Positions 21,401 through 34,535 of a DNA stretch of 64,000 bases are shown in pieces. The translations under genes and the position numbers were made by a program. The stretch comes from Amoebophrya sp. A120 (lineage: Eukaryota > Protista > Dinoflagellata), in the NCBI GenBank assembly GCA_905178155.1, contig CAJINV010000001.1, positions 4,013,329 to 4,077,328 on the forward strand, given 5' to 3'. The first letter of the stretch is position 1, and every line of letters begins with the position of its first letter. Below the pieces are notes generated by a model that was given only the letters and a program-made list of their open reading frames with translations, searched no databases and was not told the DNA's origin.

Positions 21401-24400
21401 TTGAAGTTGATCTTTTTTTCAAAAAAAAAGATCACGAGAGCGTTGAAGTTGATCTTCATTTGACATAGTCAAAACAAAAATCCTAAAACAGCCGACACGC
21501 GCGATGCATACGCAGCACCACCAACAATCGCCGTCCTCTCCCCGACATAACTTTTTGGCACCGCCGACCGCCGGGCAATCTCCTCTGAAGAGCAGTCTTC
21601 CTGAAACCAGCAGAGACCCAGAGCTGTATGCGTCGTCCATCTCCGCGACGGCCGACCAACAACTACCGCACCATCGCGCACCAGACGGGCTCGGGGCCTC
21701 GGGGGTGGAGAGCCTTACTACTTCCTTTGACAGAATTCGGCTCCCCTACGAGGTGGAGGGAAACGAAGAGGTGGAGGAAAACATGGAGCGCATCGAGAGT
21801 GTGATCAACAAGGTCGCGGCTAACACGAGGCGGGCCAAGCTGCCGATCCAACTACCGCTGAACACGTTGCACCTCACGCCCCGAATCGTGGACTTGAGCA
21901 CCCTGGCCGCGGCCAGCAGTGCGCGGACCGGGTCGCCCCCAATCACCGCACGGGCCGAGGGGGAGGGAATCCCCCCTCCCATGAACAGCAGCAAAGACAA
22001 GCAGCTACCCTTCGAAACACCACGAGAAATGGACACTCCGCGTTCGCCGAGAGCGGTGGTCGGTTCTTTGGCTTCAAGGGTAAAGCGCATGAGCAAACCC
22101 CTAACGACGAAGCAGTATGAACAGCCTACAGAGGCTCCGGAATTCATCGAGGAACTACTGTATAAATGATTTACATTTTCTATTTTGTTGTCGTCTCTGT
22201 AGCTGTCCACTCACTGTGCTGCTTTTCAATCTGAAGTCTTCAGATTCAGAAGAATTTGTATTTGAAACTTCTTGTCTATATATGATGCAGCATCACCAAA
22301 AGTTTTATCTATCACACAACAGCGAACCAAGCCAGCTTCGTTTGTGTTCGAATCCGCCGTCCGTGGGGGCGAGCAAGAAGTCGATGGATGTTCCGGAGGA
22401 CGAGAAGATCAACCCCTGGTACACTCCGGGGGAGTACGAGCAAAATAACGGGAGCAAGTTCTCCATGAACGTGATTGGCGCGGCGGAAGATCAAGAACAG
22501 AGTCAGAACGTCGACCCCATGGTAGAGGTTTCGAAGACCATCGGCAGGATGCAGCAAATGACGAGTTTGCCGCCCCGAAACCTCCCAAAGGGAACTCTCC
22601 GGGAACACCAGAGCCGGTCGTTTTTCGACCGAATTCCGAAAACCCCCCGGGACGGCAAGATGCAGATGCCGGCACCGCTGGTGTGTCCCGCGGGCGCGCA
22701 GATCGACGAGGAGCGGCTGGCCATGGCTCCCCAGCTGTCGATGAGTGCTATGCCGCCCATCCGAGCAGATTTGAACTTCGTCGACGTGGAAAATTTCATG
22801 CAGAACGCGACCCTGACGGCGGACGACATTGACCTCTGCCCCATGCCCCCACCGGAACTGGTCGAGGAGTTCCAGACCCCGCGGCCGAATGTCGGTCCCC
22901 CGATGCCCATGCCGTTTGACGGCATGGTGGGCACCGGCGAGTACGTCCAGGCCGACCCGGAGGCGGAGAAGCGCGAGTTCCTGGAGAAATACGACATGTG
23001 CCCGCAGAAGGTGGTCGCGCCAATCGCCACGGTGAAGCTGGACATGGAGTCCTTCCAGAAGAAGTCGCTCACCGCCAGTTTGGCCACCGGGGGACGGGCA
23101 CTGGAGCACTGCCAGAAATTTTTCGTCACGGACGCGAGTGCTGCGCTCGTGGAAAAGAACCTGACCGACTCCCCACGTGGCGTGTTAGCGTCGCCACGCG
23201 GAGTCGCTGGTCTGTTCGCCACCACCACATCAGGAGCCTCGGCGGACCGCGACAACCTCCGCGGCAAGATGAAGTCTGGACGCAGTAGAGGTGGGGGTAC
23301 AACTTCTAACGCGGGAAACTTAAGCGCGAGAGGTGGGCCTGCAAGTAGTGTACCTGGAGGTGGGAGAAATAGACCGGCCTCGAAGACGCTGCAGCGTGGC
23401 ACCTCGTCCGGAGCTGCAGTGAATATTAACAATCGAATCGCTACGCCAAGCTCCAAAACAAGCGCGAAAGGAGCGAGCACCACTGGCACTAGAGCGGGAA
23501 GCAAACTAGGCAAAGCCGCCCTAGCGCCGCCAAGTGCGGATGGCGCTGAGGCCGCGGAGCAAAAGAACACACAGAGCGACAGAGTCATGAACACCATCGA
23601 TCCGACTACATCAAGCACAACAACTGGAGCAATTGCCAGTACAAATAAAGCTCCGACAGAACAACAACCGCAGCGACCGAAAGCACTGCCGATGTTCAAC
23701 ATGGTTCCGAACACGCAGACCGTGCGCGCACTGATGACCCCGAGACCAGCACCGCCATTGACGAACAAGTCTGGCGCTGGAAGGCAGTCGCAGTCCGGCA
23801 ACTTGAGCAGCGGGAGTGCGAGCGGTTCCGGGCCGGAACGACAGAGGTCAGCTTCCTCCTCTTCCAGCCGACAGGGGGCGCCGGCCTTTGGATTGCAGAT
23901 GGTATCGCTTTTCCCGCCAAGAAAAAGTGTGACCGGCGCGAACAGAGAAGACGCTGTTCGTCCGGAGATGCGTGCACCCACACCGAAACCGCCGGCCCCA
24001 CAGTTGCAGCCCCCTCCGGAGATGATCCTGCAGGAACAAAGAGCGATGCAAGAGCCGCAGCCGCTGCCCGGCGTTTTGATCCAGCCCATGAGCGTGCAGG
24101 ACTTGCAACGCAACACCATGCTGAAGCCGGGGGATCGAAACTTTTCCAGAAACAAGATCGTCGTGCAAGAACCGTTCTCAATGCCCCAGAGCAACGCCGC
24201 CGTGATGGTGGAAAGCGGAATAAAGGCCGCACAGGTGGTTGCCGCTCAACAGCAAGAGGAGCAACAGGCAGCACAGTTGAACAACAACACGACCCGAACG
24301 ACGGAACGAAGGCAGCACCACGGGCATACGCACTCCACGAGGATAAAGGAACGCGAGCCGCACGGCCAGAAAAGACGGTCATCCAGTCGCGGTCAGCATT

Positions 24401-25869
24401 ACCGGCATCATTCGAAATCCAGGCACTCTAGTAAAACCACCGAGGATCCCAACCCGGAAGACCGAGAGCTGTCAATCCCTCAGCCTGCGGTCGATTGGCG
24501 AAATCCAAGTATCGTCTGCAAAACCGGACTGCCGACGGATTGGGCGGCGTCTAGCCGGGAGCAGTTTCGCAACACTATGCAGAACAAAGTAGCGCAGATA
24601 GCCGATAGTCTCGCGCCGAAGCTAGTTTCCACGGTTGTCTTCAGTCCCCGGCTGAAAGAAAAGGAACAAAACAAGACAAAAAAGGAAACATCAAGTAAGC
24701 GCGGAAACAGCCCGACGACCGGAGGAGTGCTTAGTAGCGACGGCGGCGGGGGTAAAAACACCTCCGGGTCCTCCAGCTCGCGGCCCGGGACTAAAACCAC
24801 AGCCAAAAAGAGACCGAGTACTTCATCTACTACAACTGCCGCGCAAAAACGATTACCCGCAAGCAATTCCACAACAGGCCCCGATCTTAACGACGAACTT
24901 GCAGCAAGGGAAGGTGCTGCTGTAGCACCAGCAGTAGAGATGAATTACGCAGCATCCACCTCCACACCAGGGGCTGTGCAAATGCAAAACAAGAGCAACA
25001 CCGAGGCAGCCGCTGTTTCGCCCCTTTTACTCGACGAAGCCGTCGCCGCCGAGGTGGAAGAGTCTCTGGAGCAGAGCCGGGCGAGCAGCAAAAACAAGAT
25101 CCAGGCCGTCCTGTTCACCCCTAGATCCCGCGGTCAACCACCCGAGCAGCAGCGCGCCGGCAGCCACCAGATGGCGCTTTTGCGGTCCCAGTCCTCGAAC
25201 ACGCAGAGCCAAACTAGTACATCGAGAGATACCACCAGCAGTAACACTAGAACAACCCCCTTGAAAAAAGCAGCGACTGTGTCCCTAGCTGGCACAACTC
25301 CTGATGAACAACGTAGTGGCAAGGTGGTTCACACAAAAGCAGCGCTGTACAGCAGGAAAGTGAAAGCTACTTCATCTGGGGATGCTGGTGGTCGTTCACG
25401 GTCATCAGCGGGGTACAGTCCCGTCAGCCGGCAGTCTTCCACTTCTGTGCTCCCGTCCTCTTCTCGGGGCGGCGGTACCACACCCCTGGTCGTGGAATAC
25501 TCCTCCGCCATGACGTCGCGCGCGCGGACGCCCACTCCGCCAAAGAGGACGCGATCCCGGGGCGGTGGAAGTAGTACATCGCCGAAGGCGGGAGCACGAA
25601 GTCGAAGCCGATCTGGGTCGAAGAATAGCCGTAGCCCACCACCGACCGGTAGGCCGTCCACCGCGGGGAACCCTCAGCTCAGGATTCTGCGGGAACGCCA
25701 ACAAGACAAAATCGCGGGAGAAGCCGCCGCGAAGAAGGCCGCAGAGAGAAAAGCTAGGATTCAGGCCAGACAAAGCAGCAGAGGACCGGGTGCTGCTGCC
25801 GGAGGTGCTACCGCAACTCCCGATCGATTTACCTCGCCGGCGTTAGCTGATCCGCTACATAGATACTGA
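18430..25869 (+). CDS. Giant low-complexity, probably disordered protein (~2350 aa); join(18430..21261,21492..22159,22323..25869)
   Basis: Three long ORFs joined by phase-compatible GT-AG introns (21262-21491, 22160-22322). Acidic N-terminus, short coiled coils, S/T/R-rich C-terminus with many TPR/SPR/SAR tripeptides. Confidence 0.8.
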
Positions 25870-27382
25870 GCAGCTCCTCAAACATTTCAAGTTTTTTTTT
25901 CACATCGAATTCTCCTCGCAATTCTAGCCTACCCACACCTACTAGTAGTTGACATAAATAAGAAAGAAAAATCCCCCATGATCATGAGCAAGAGATTTGC
26001 GCTGGATCGCAAGCATGCTAGTGGTCACAGTATTCATTTTCTTTTTCATTTATCCACATGATCTTCCAAATAGCCTGGGTAGCACATCCTGCACACTCCT
26101 GCTCCGAGTTTTTTTTTACATGTCTTATGTCATAGAGCATGCAAGAAAGACATCAACGTAATTATTTCATCAACATTTTTCGTTGCTTAACAATATTCAA
26201 CGTGTCATAGATACAAATCGCATTCGCTGGCCACGATCCATCGATCGCGATCCAGGCCTCATCTATGTCCTTCATTTTTCAATTGTCACTATCATGAATC
26301 ATTTGTCATACGTCTAAAGGAGGGTGCTATCAGCCTCTACGTCTACTTTCTGATTCCATTCATACATTTCCTACGATATGTACTGAATTTCGCCAGAGCA
26401 CCACGAGACAGATGGTGAGTGCCTGAGGTTTTGGTTGTTGAAGACATTCCTGGATATGGTTTTCATTGCCTTCTGATGTACAAATTTTGGAAGACGCAAA
26501 TTTACCATAGCCATCCGTTCATATTGATATCACTCGAACGTGTTGCAAAATTCAACAGCCCCCTACACGAGAGGCTGCAAGATGCAGATGTTCAGAGGCC
26601 CACTGGTAGTAGTAGGCCGCAAAATCGTAATCCAGACTTTGTGCTGTACTAGATGTGGTTGTACAAAGAGCTATGTAGTTGGCTCTACCTGCTCAGCTGT
26701 CCTCGCGTCACCAAAGTTCAGGCTGTCCCAACAGAAAAAATAGAAATTTGGAAGTTAGCGCTCAGCTTTAATCCGTAGTCGCTCCTCCTCAATTACGAAT
26801 TGGCATAGGTAGCCGGGTCCCACAACCGCGATCGAACTTGAAAAATCTGCCCGATCTGGTTGTATAAGTTTTTGTTGATCTTCTATCTTCATCTCCATTA
26901 CAGCAGCCTTTGCCATACTCACCACGAACACTTATCATTTTTTCGTAGTACAACTCAGCAACACCATCACCAAGCACTGTAGAAATAATACGCCATCTCA
27001 AAAACGAAACCGAAACGCGGTTTCCAGTCCTCAGTGTTTCGTCTATTTTTACCCGACGCGAGTAATGAAGTAACAGTAAGTAGAAGTACCCTGCCAGTGA
27101 TACCAGCAAGTACAACAAGTAGTTTTACAATCTCAATCAAACGACCCACCAAGATGTTGGCAAGCAAGATGGTCGAACGGGTCCGTGCATCGCGCCGGTG
27201 TGAAAGTTTCTTGCCTTTTCTCCAATAAACCGAGGAGTGGGGGCTTACATTATTAGCAGTCGTTTTTGTCCGCCGGAGGGACCGCGCAGCGACCGCGAAC
27301 GAGGAAAAGAACGACTTTCTCCAGCTCTTTCTAGAACAATAAATACCCACGACGGCCCCCCCGCGGCAACGACGAACGACAA

Positions 27383-30300
27383 ATGGGACGCGATCTGGAT
27401 AAATCCCTAGAGGAGTTGATCGACTCAGGCTCAAAAAAGAATGTCACCCTCCGCCCTAACCACAGCCAGACCGGAAGTAACACTGCCTACCCGCCCCCGC
27501 AGAACAATAACAGCTATCATGGAAACAACAACTACAGCAACAAGAACTATGGCGGCAAGAATGGGGGCGGTGTTGGAGGGTGGAACGGGGGCAGCGGGAA
27601 GAGCAATTGGAGTAACAACAGCGACCATTACGACCTGGCCTACGGGCAACCGCCAAACGCTGGCCCGCCACTGATGCAGCACCACCCGCCAGGAGCAGGC
27701 GGGGGAGCACCATGGCAACACGGCGGCCACCACCAGCCACCCCCTGCGTACTACCCACCGCAGGGCGGTCCGGGTGGGCCACCGCCCATGCAGGGCGGCG
27801 GGAAAGGTACTGGAAGATCTAATAGTCGTGTTATGAATATGATTAGATTTTTGTTTGAAAAATATGTACCAAAGCTTCGTCTACTTCTTCATCTTCTACC
27901 GAGAACGCCGTGGAGCTGTGTAGGATATTAGGCATCACTGAATCAGAATGACCATGACGATAGACTATCAAGAAAGGCTTTCAACAAAAATCTGAGAAGC
28001 GACATTGAACGACATCAACGATAATTGAATTTTCTAAACGTAAACCAAAATAGGCAACGGCTGGAGTGGTCCACCTGTCGGCGGCGTTGCTAAGCCGTTC
28101 GATAAGCGAAACCAAGCCGGTCCGTGGGGAAACGTAAAAGGAGGCATGAAAGACGCCGGTGGAATGAAAGGCCGCAAGTGGGGCGGGCACTCGCAACCGC
28201 TTGACGAAAAGGCTGCTAGGATGACCAAGATACAATTCAACAAATCCGGCGACCTCTGTGTGAAATTGTACTACTTTATCATCAGCTACTTCTGCAGTTC
28301 GTTTCTTTTTTTTTTCTCAACAAGTGAAGCTCTTGGTCACGCACCTTGCGGAAGCGGAGTGGGGAGGTCTCCCGCCTCCACGCCGGAACCAGTATGTTGA
28401 TATTTAGTAATGGCGTTTCCTAGTAATCGAATCCATTTACATTTTCGCAGGTATTGCTATTCCCGTTTCCCACCAAAACTACTAAATCTCTGCAGGTATG
28501 AAACCGATGTGTGTATTTTTCGCAAGAACCTTGCCACGTCCAAGTGTGCCAGCGTGGAGATTAACAGTGGCGGCTTCCACACGCCGGAAACGAAGGCCAT
28601 CATTCGCGAGTGCCTCCATGCCGTCGACCTGAAGATCCGGCACACGAAGAGGAGATCCGTGGTTCTGAAAGAGAATCCGAACAACAGCAAAACACCAAAG
28701 AATGACGCCAATTTATCCCCGACGACCGAAGAGGACGACAAAACGCAGAATGAAAGTGGCGAGAACAACGAGATGAATACAGCGAAAACTTCTTCGCTAG
28801 TGATCGATGGAAACGCCAGCGTCGACGCCGAAGGAGCGGCTGCTCCGGTGGTGAAGAAGCGACCACGGCTATCCTGTGTAAAAACGTCCCCACACCAGAA
28901 TTGTAATGCAGATTTGCAAACAAGACAGGAAGACTTGTAACGCGCATCCCCATGAGAGCCATTTCCAATCGCGTTTTGGAATTTGTGATGCTGTGAACAG
29001 GATGAGGAGATGAATCTGTGACGCGGCTGCACTTCCTAACCTGCACTACACTGCGGAGTGCAACTTGTCATGCGTGACTCACAAAACTCCTAGGTTTGTG
29101 TTGCAAAATCCCCTTCCTGACTCTGGTGTGGGTACGTTTTTACTCAGGATAGCGGCCCGTCGCGGGGCCAGACGATTTGGACTTCGCCGAGGAGGACGAC
29201 GATATACTGGCCGAATCCGACGAACACGAGGAAGAAAATCAAAATGCAGCTGCAGAAATAAATGCCGCCGACCCCGAGCACCAGGAAGGAGATGCTGAAA
29301 ACGAAGAAAACAAAGAAGCCGGAGACGACGAGGAGCAGGCGGCGGCAGAGCCAAATCCCAACGAGGCTTCCGGCAAGGAAAAGGAGGGTGAGGCGCCAGC
29401 GATGAGTGGGGAAGATAAGGAATCCAGGAGAAATTTCTTGGTGGAGCGGCTTGCGATGCTGAAGAAGAAAAAAGCGGAGCAGAATCAAAAACAAAAAGCT
29501 GCTACGCTGGTATATTCTTTTTGAAGTTAGAGGCCTTGTTCTGTTCTCAAAAAATAGTTTGCTGTTGGTGCAACTGATTCAAACTCTTTGTAGCAGTCAC
29601 GCACAGGTCATGCGAGGATATGCATTATGCAGGTGTCACGCGAGGTCGCAGATTTTTTCCGTATGCGATTATGGACGAAGATCATGAAGAACGTATACAA
29701 AAACCAATGCACCAGAATTACAAAACACGCAGGCACATGATGTTAAAGTTGAAATGAACTGTGACTCAGATAAAATCCGGACAAGTGGTTGCCAGCAGTT
29801 CTGTTGCGAAGAAGAAAGGGCCCCCGTGTCCGTGGACCGTTTACGGGAGAAACGTATCCTGTGCAAAAGTATCGTACTCGTAGTAATCGCAGTCATGGTG
29901 CACTACAAATCTTTTTCTTAAGGCAAATCCGCATTACAAATTCCATTTCTAATGCTAAGGAGATTTGTATTGCGATTTATAGTATAAATCGCAATACAAA
30001 TGTAGGCAAGGGAGTGAAACTTCGAAGGGAGTCAAGGGAGCCAAGGGAGGAAGATAAAATTTGTACAAATTGTCTCCCCTTAAATCATCGCCAAAATGCT
30101 GCATGCTATGGGCGCGCTTACCGGTCGCCGGCTTGCGCCCTGCTGCCCCCCCCCCCCGCTGCGGCCCCAGGTTTGTCCGCGCTTAGGCATTGGCTCGCTG
30201 CCGAAGGCCCTGGTCTCTTGAAGAAGGTGAGGGCTTCTAGAGTCGCCCCCGTCATCAACAGGAGTCGCCGGGGTGGCCTGGCCTCTGCCTGGCAACAAAG

Positions 30301-33300
30301 AGCGTGGAGCCGAAGGAACGCGTAAACTGCTGCCGTGACCATGTCGAGTTTCCGTCGTCCGGGGGAAGTCGCGGCAGCCACTTAAGCAATTTGCTTGTCG
30401 AGATCTTTCAGGCGAGGTTCTGCGTGACCAGATTCAACGTCATGCGTTGCCGAGCAGGGAATACGAAGTGGAAATGTTGAAGCGGCCACTTCGACTTTCT
30501 CCAATCGGGAAAGAGTTGCAGTGGCCGTCGGAACGCGCAGCAAGTTTGAAGCTCACACGCGTAGCATATGCAGCCTGCTTCGCGCTGATGCTACTTCGCA
30601 ACATTCCCACACGCGGGCGCATGTCTTACATGTTGCACGCGCCTCGCTGCGCGCGCGCAGCGCGCGGCCTGAAAAATTTTTGTTGTGTGCGCACAGGCGT
30701 CGATCCGCGCGCGCGCAGCGCGCGCCGCGAAAAATTTTTGCTATATGCCGATCGCATTGGCGCGCACGACTGCTTTGTTTTTTATCGTACTCCCTTGGCT
30801 CCCTTGGAAAGTTGCGCTGTACTCCCTTGGCTGGCGCCAGACACTAATAAACCTATTATACTAGTGCGATACTTTTGCAATGCATAAAACGCCGCGGGCG
30901 AACATTTCGAAATCGAGTGCTACGACGGAATCGTACTGCAAACTGTTGCTGTGCTTTTCCTATTTGCCCCAGTTCCTTGACAAAAGTAAAAAAGTAGAGC
31001 AGTATTGGATTCTTCCAGCTACAGTTTCCAGCGCATATCCATATCCGTTTCGAAGTCTTGCTGCAGCAAATAACATATAACAAGTTCTATGATGCATACT
31101 TTACTTACTACAGGTCATCTCACTCCCCAACGCTCTGACGGTGCTTGGAAAGCTGAAAGGCAAACTGATGGACCGCATGCGGTTCTTACGCAACGAACAA
31201 CCGCTCTATCCGCAGCGCGGCATGCACCACGGCGGTCCACCAGGAGCACCAGGTGCCCCCCCGCACGGCGGACCACCTCCACCAGGGATGCATCACATGC
31301 ACCCGCAGCAACCCGCACCTCCGGGTGCTGGGGTTCAACCGAGCAACCTCCCACCCGGAGTGCAGCCAGGACAGGTGATCTACCAAATTCCCCACGGCGC
31401 GGCTCCGCCACCGAATCTGCCACCGGGATCCGTCGTTCAGTACTTACCACCGGGACAAGTAGTACACGCACCGGGAGGACCGGCGCAAGCACAGTATCTA
31501 CTAATGATTTTATTCTATCAGTACAACTCTAGCGCCGCGAGCGCCATCACTACAGGATGAAGCGAGCAGGAGCTCTGGACTACTTTTTTTATTTTTCATC
31601 ACTCGGCATATGCTTACGATTACTATAGCCTTCGGTTGGAAATCTTGTTCAGAAGGCGTGTGATATAACTAGCGGCACCTCGAGGAGGTGCGATCGAGGA
31701 GTTGTCCTAAGGCTAGAATAAAGTCGCGGAGGATCATGGCAATACGTCATGGCAATCAAATTTATTGTGTTTATCATTTTTTCATTACCGAATTTTATGT
31801 GGTCCAATTCCCATGATGATATAACTGATATAACGGAAATTAAAAATTTTCGCCCATGGGAGGGCACCGCGCGAGGCCCATCGTTGCCGTGGTCTGTCTG
31901 CCCGGGGATTCGTCGGCATAGCGTAAACCCCTCGGCCGTTCTGCGCAATGCCTCCGCAGCGGCTGGTCGACTCAGCGTCATGAAATTCGCGAGAGATGGC
32001 ACGGCCAAAGACCTGCCCGCGGTTCTCTCTGAAGCCTTTCGGCTTGACCGCGCCGGTGCGGCGGCGCTCTGTAACTGCAACCAAGGGCGCTGCGTAATTT
32101 TCGAAGCGCCCGCCGAGCGACGTTGTAGAAGTAGCAGCCCCGGCTTGGCGATATCGGTCGTGAACGCCGGCGGCCTCACCGGCTGGGAAAGCCGGCGCCT
32201 CCCCGCGGGCCCCGCTACGATCTCGTATTGGGACGACGCGAGAACGGTCGATATCAAAGCGATCGATGTCGCATGATCTCCACCTGATCTCCCCCGCGAT
32301 CTCGTTGATTTCGTGCCCAATGTCGCTGATCTCGCGGACGGAAATTCATGATCTCCCGCCTGATCTCCCCCGCGATCTCGCTGATCTCGTGCCCGATCTC
32401 GTTGATCTCGCGGGCGGAAATTCATTCTACAGCGAAAATGGGAAGGAATTTTCGACCTGCGGGCGCTGGCCAGTAAGATCAATTTTGGCCGTGAGTTATA
32501 TCGCAGCGAGATCGGCGGGAGGGGGTGCGAGATCGGCCGGAGATCGCCGCGAGATCGGCCGGTGATCGGCACGAGATCAGCGAGATCGGGAGTCCGCTTT
32601 CGTGGATCTCGCTATGGTGCCGGGACGAGGTTGGGGGCTCTTGCTCGTAAGATCAGGAGCCCCCGATCCTGCCAGCTTATTTATCTGTGCCCGCGCTCTG
32701 AGTGAGCGCGGGTTCGAAGCTGGGTCACGACTTCGGGCTTCGGGGGCACCATGACCGAGAGCGCCGAGTGTTGTTCCGATTGGTTGCGGCTGCGTGAGAA
32801 GTTTTGTGAGCTTCTGGCGCGGGTGTGGCACTGTGTGGCGCTGCTGGGGGCCCGGCCCCTGTGAATTTGCGTGCGCACCTGTGACCAACAGAAAGTGGTC
32901 GAGCGTCGCACTTGTACCACTGCGACGGACGCATCCACTTCGGCGCACTATGTCAAGGCGCGAGGAAAGCAGCGCTAGAACCTGCCTACGCGCTTGGTCA
33001 CATTTGCGCGAACCCGGGGCGCGAAATTTTTAAAATCGGTTACATGCGTAAGATCATCTTGGGAACTTGGACCACTTGACGAATTATCCGAAACTAAACA
33101 AACAGGATCGTCCACGTTCTACCAGCGGGAAGTCCTTCGGGCCACCACGCGCAAAATCATGCTGGCAGCAATTCAGACAATGAGGATCTGAAATGGGGCC
33201 GCGCAGCGCAAGGCGGCACGAGCGGCGGTGGCGCCATCCGGCTGGTTTCCGCAGCCGAGAAGCAGCAACGAGACAACCGCCCACAGTATAACCAAGTGCA

Positions 33301-33805
33301 GCAGGTAGTTTCAAGTTCCAGTCACGGCGGCGTCACACTTGTGTCTAGTAGCGGGTCCCGCGGGCCGCCGACAATAGGCGCCACCGGGGAGACGCCGCAG
33401 TTTCGCATCGTGAAAACTGCCAACGGCGTGATCACGGAGCCAATTCTTCCTGGAGAAGCAGATTACCAAAACGCTTCCAACAAGCGGCCACGCGCGCCCT
33501 CATCCGGTCACCTCCAGGCAGGTGGTGTAGTGCTGCAGCAGTCACCCGCGCGGCGAAGGGAACGGGAAGAGCGCGAAGAGCGCGAAATTCGAGAGCGGGA
33601 CCGAGAACGGGCTCGCGCGGAGAAGAAAAAGAAAAAAAACCACACGGACGAGGAACCCTCCAGGAAAACGAAGGAAAGGCGGAAAGACAAGGACCGCACT
33701 GCGACGTCTGCTGGACCACCGCCCACCATCGTCGCCGCAGCTGCTGCGCCCGGCACCGTCTGGATGCCGGCTGCGGATCCAAACTTCGTCCCTCAGTTTC
33801 AATAA
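27383..33805 (+). CDS. G/P/N-rich protein with an N-terminal ALYREF/Yra1-like (REF-N) motif; join(27383..27806,28054..28267,28496..28869,29157..29509,29770..29854,30892..30932,31114..31493,33106..33805)
   Basis: Starts MGRDLDKSLEELI (cf. LDMSLDDII). Five GT-AG introns and two IEs are all phase-compatible. Globular segment LCVKLYETDVCIF...INSGGFHTPETKAII; RE-rich C-terminus. Confidence 0.75.
28870..29151. mobile_element. Introner element, family G
   Basis: TATCCTGTGTAAAAACGTCCCCACACCAGA / TCTGGTGTGGGTACGTTTTTACTCAGGATA; direct repeat ACGGC/GCGGC; removal gives KRPR|PVAGPDDLDF. Confidence 0.9.
29855..30886. mobile_element. Introner element, family B, with nested ~870-bp element
   Basis: TATCCTGTGCAAAAGTATCGTACTCGTAG ... 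CTAGTGCGATACTTTTGCAATGCATA; direct repeat AAACG; removal gives YGRN|AAGEHFEIECYDG. Confidence 0.9.
29982..30856. mobile_element. Nested insert with subterminal inverted repeats
   Basis: CAAGGGAGCCAAGGGAG..GATAAAA (~30032-30059) versus TTTTATC..CTCCCTTGGCTCCCTTG (~30780-30807). It interrupts the family-B IE just inside its right TIR. Confidence 0.7.
31797..33078. mobile_element. Degenerate TIR element inside the 1.6-kb GT-AG intron 31494-33105
   Basis: GTGGTCCAATTCCCATGATGAT...TTAAAAATTTTCGCCC is the imperfect inverse of GGGCGCGAAATTTTTAAAA...ATCATCTTGGGAACTTGGACCAC. Internal GATCTC/GAGATC repeat clusters at 32270-32610. Confidence 0.7.
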
Positions 33806-34535
33806 AACGAGGTTCGCGAAGAGATGTTGAAGTGACTCATACTAGAAACATTCACTCAGCATCTTCCGCTTGTCTAGGTAATTAGATCTGCAGGAGCTTT
33901 ATTTTTCCCAGACATCGACATACGACCACGACGACGATCGAAGATGATAAAGTCCACGCTTTTTGCAGCTCGCTGTGGTCAATCCTGAACTTTTTCAAAG
34001 ATTCAACCCAACTTAAGCATCTGACTTACTAACTTGTCTAGGGGCCACAGCTTCTTGTTGCCGGGCAACTGCCTGTTCTCGTACATTCCTACCGACGTCG
34101 CTAGTGCTCCAGTTGAGAGGTAGTTCCCCTCGTTCTTCTTTCGTTTTTACTGCGTCTTCTTTGCTGGTGGTTCCACGACTATTAACCGAGGGGTGCTTTG
34201 TTGACCGCTTTGCTTCACCAGCATTTGAAAGCAATTATCCGGGTGGATGTATTGAGAGTGAGGGCCTTTCTTCATCAAATCCTAAAGTAAAAAAGACGAC
34301 GCATGTTGCGAGCCTATATCGCTGAAAGACGGTGGTCTGTTGAGTATGATTCATGCGTGCTTTATGAAGACGAGGTCGAGGTGGAGTTGCTCGCTTAATT
34401 AAACTTCTTTCGTCAATGAATATTGTTGTGGTCAGCGTCAGGCGAAGGAACGCGTGAAGCAGAGATATTCGCAAGTGTCACAGTCACAAGGAAACGAAGA
34501 GGAGCGCAAAAATCGAAATCCTAGTAGTTGAGATC

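Noticed and set aside
22503-24194. 563-aa minus-strand ORF
   Set aside because: Antisense shadow of the long + strand exon.
31494-31560. Gene end at TGA 31560 or a 28-nt mini-intron
   Set aside because: The donor at 31494 joins in phase to the acceptor at 33105, giving a compositionally continuous protein (AQAQ|IVHVLPAG).
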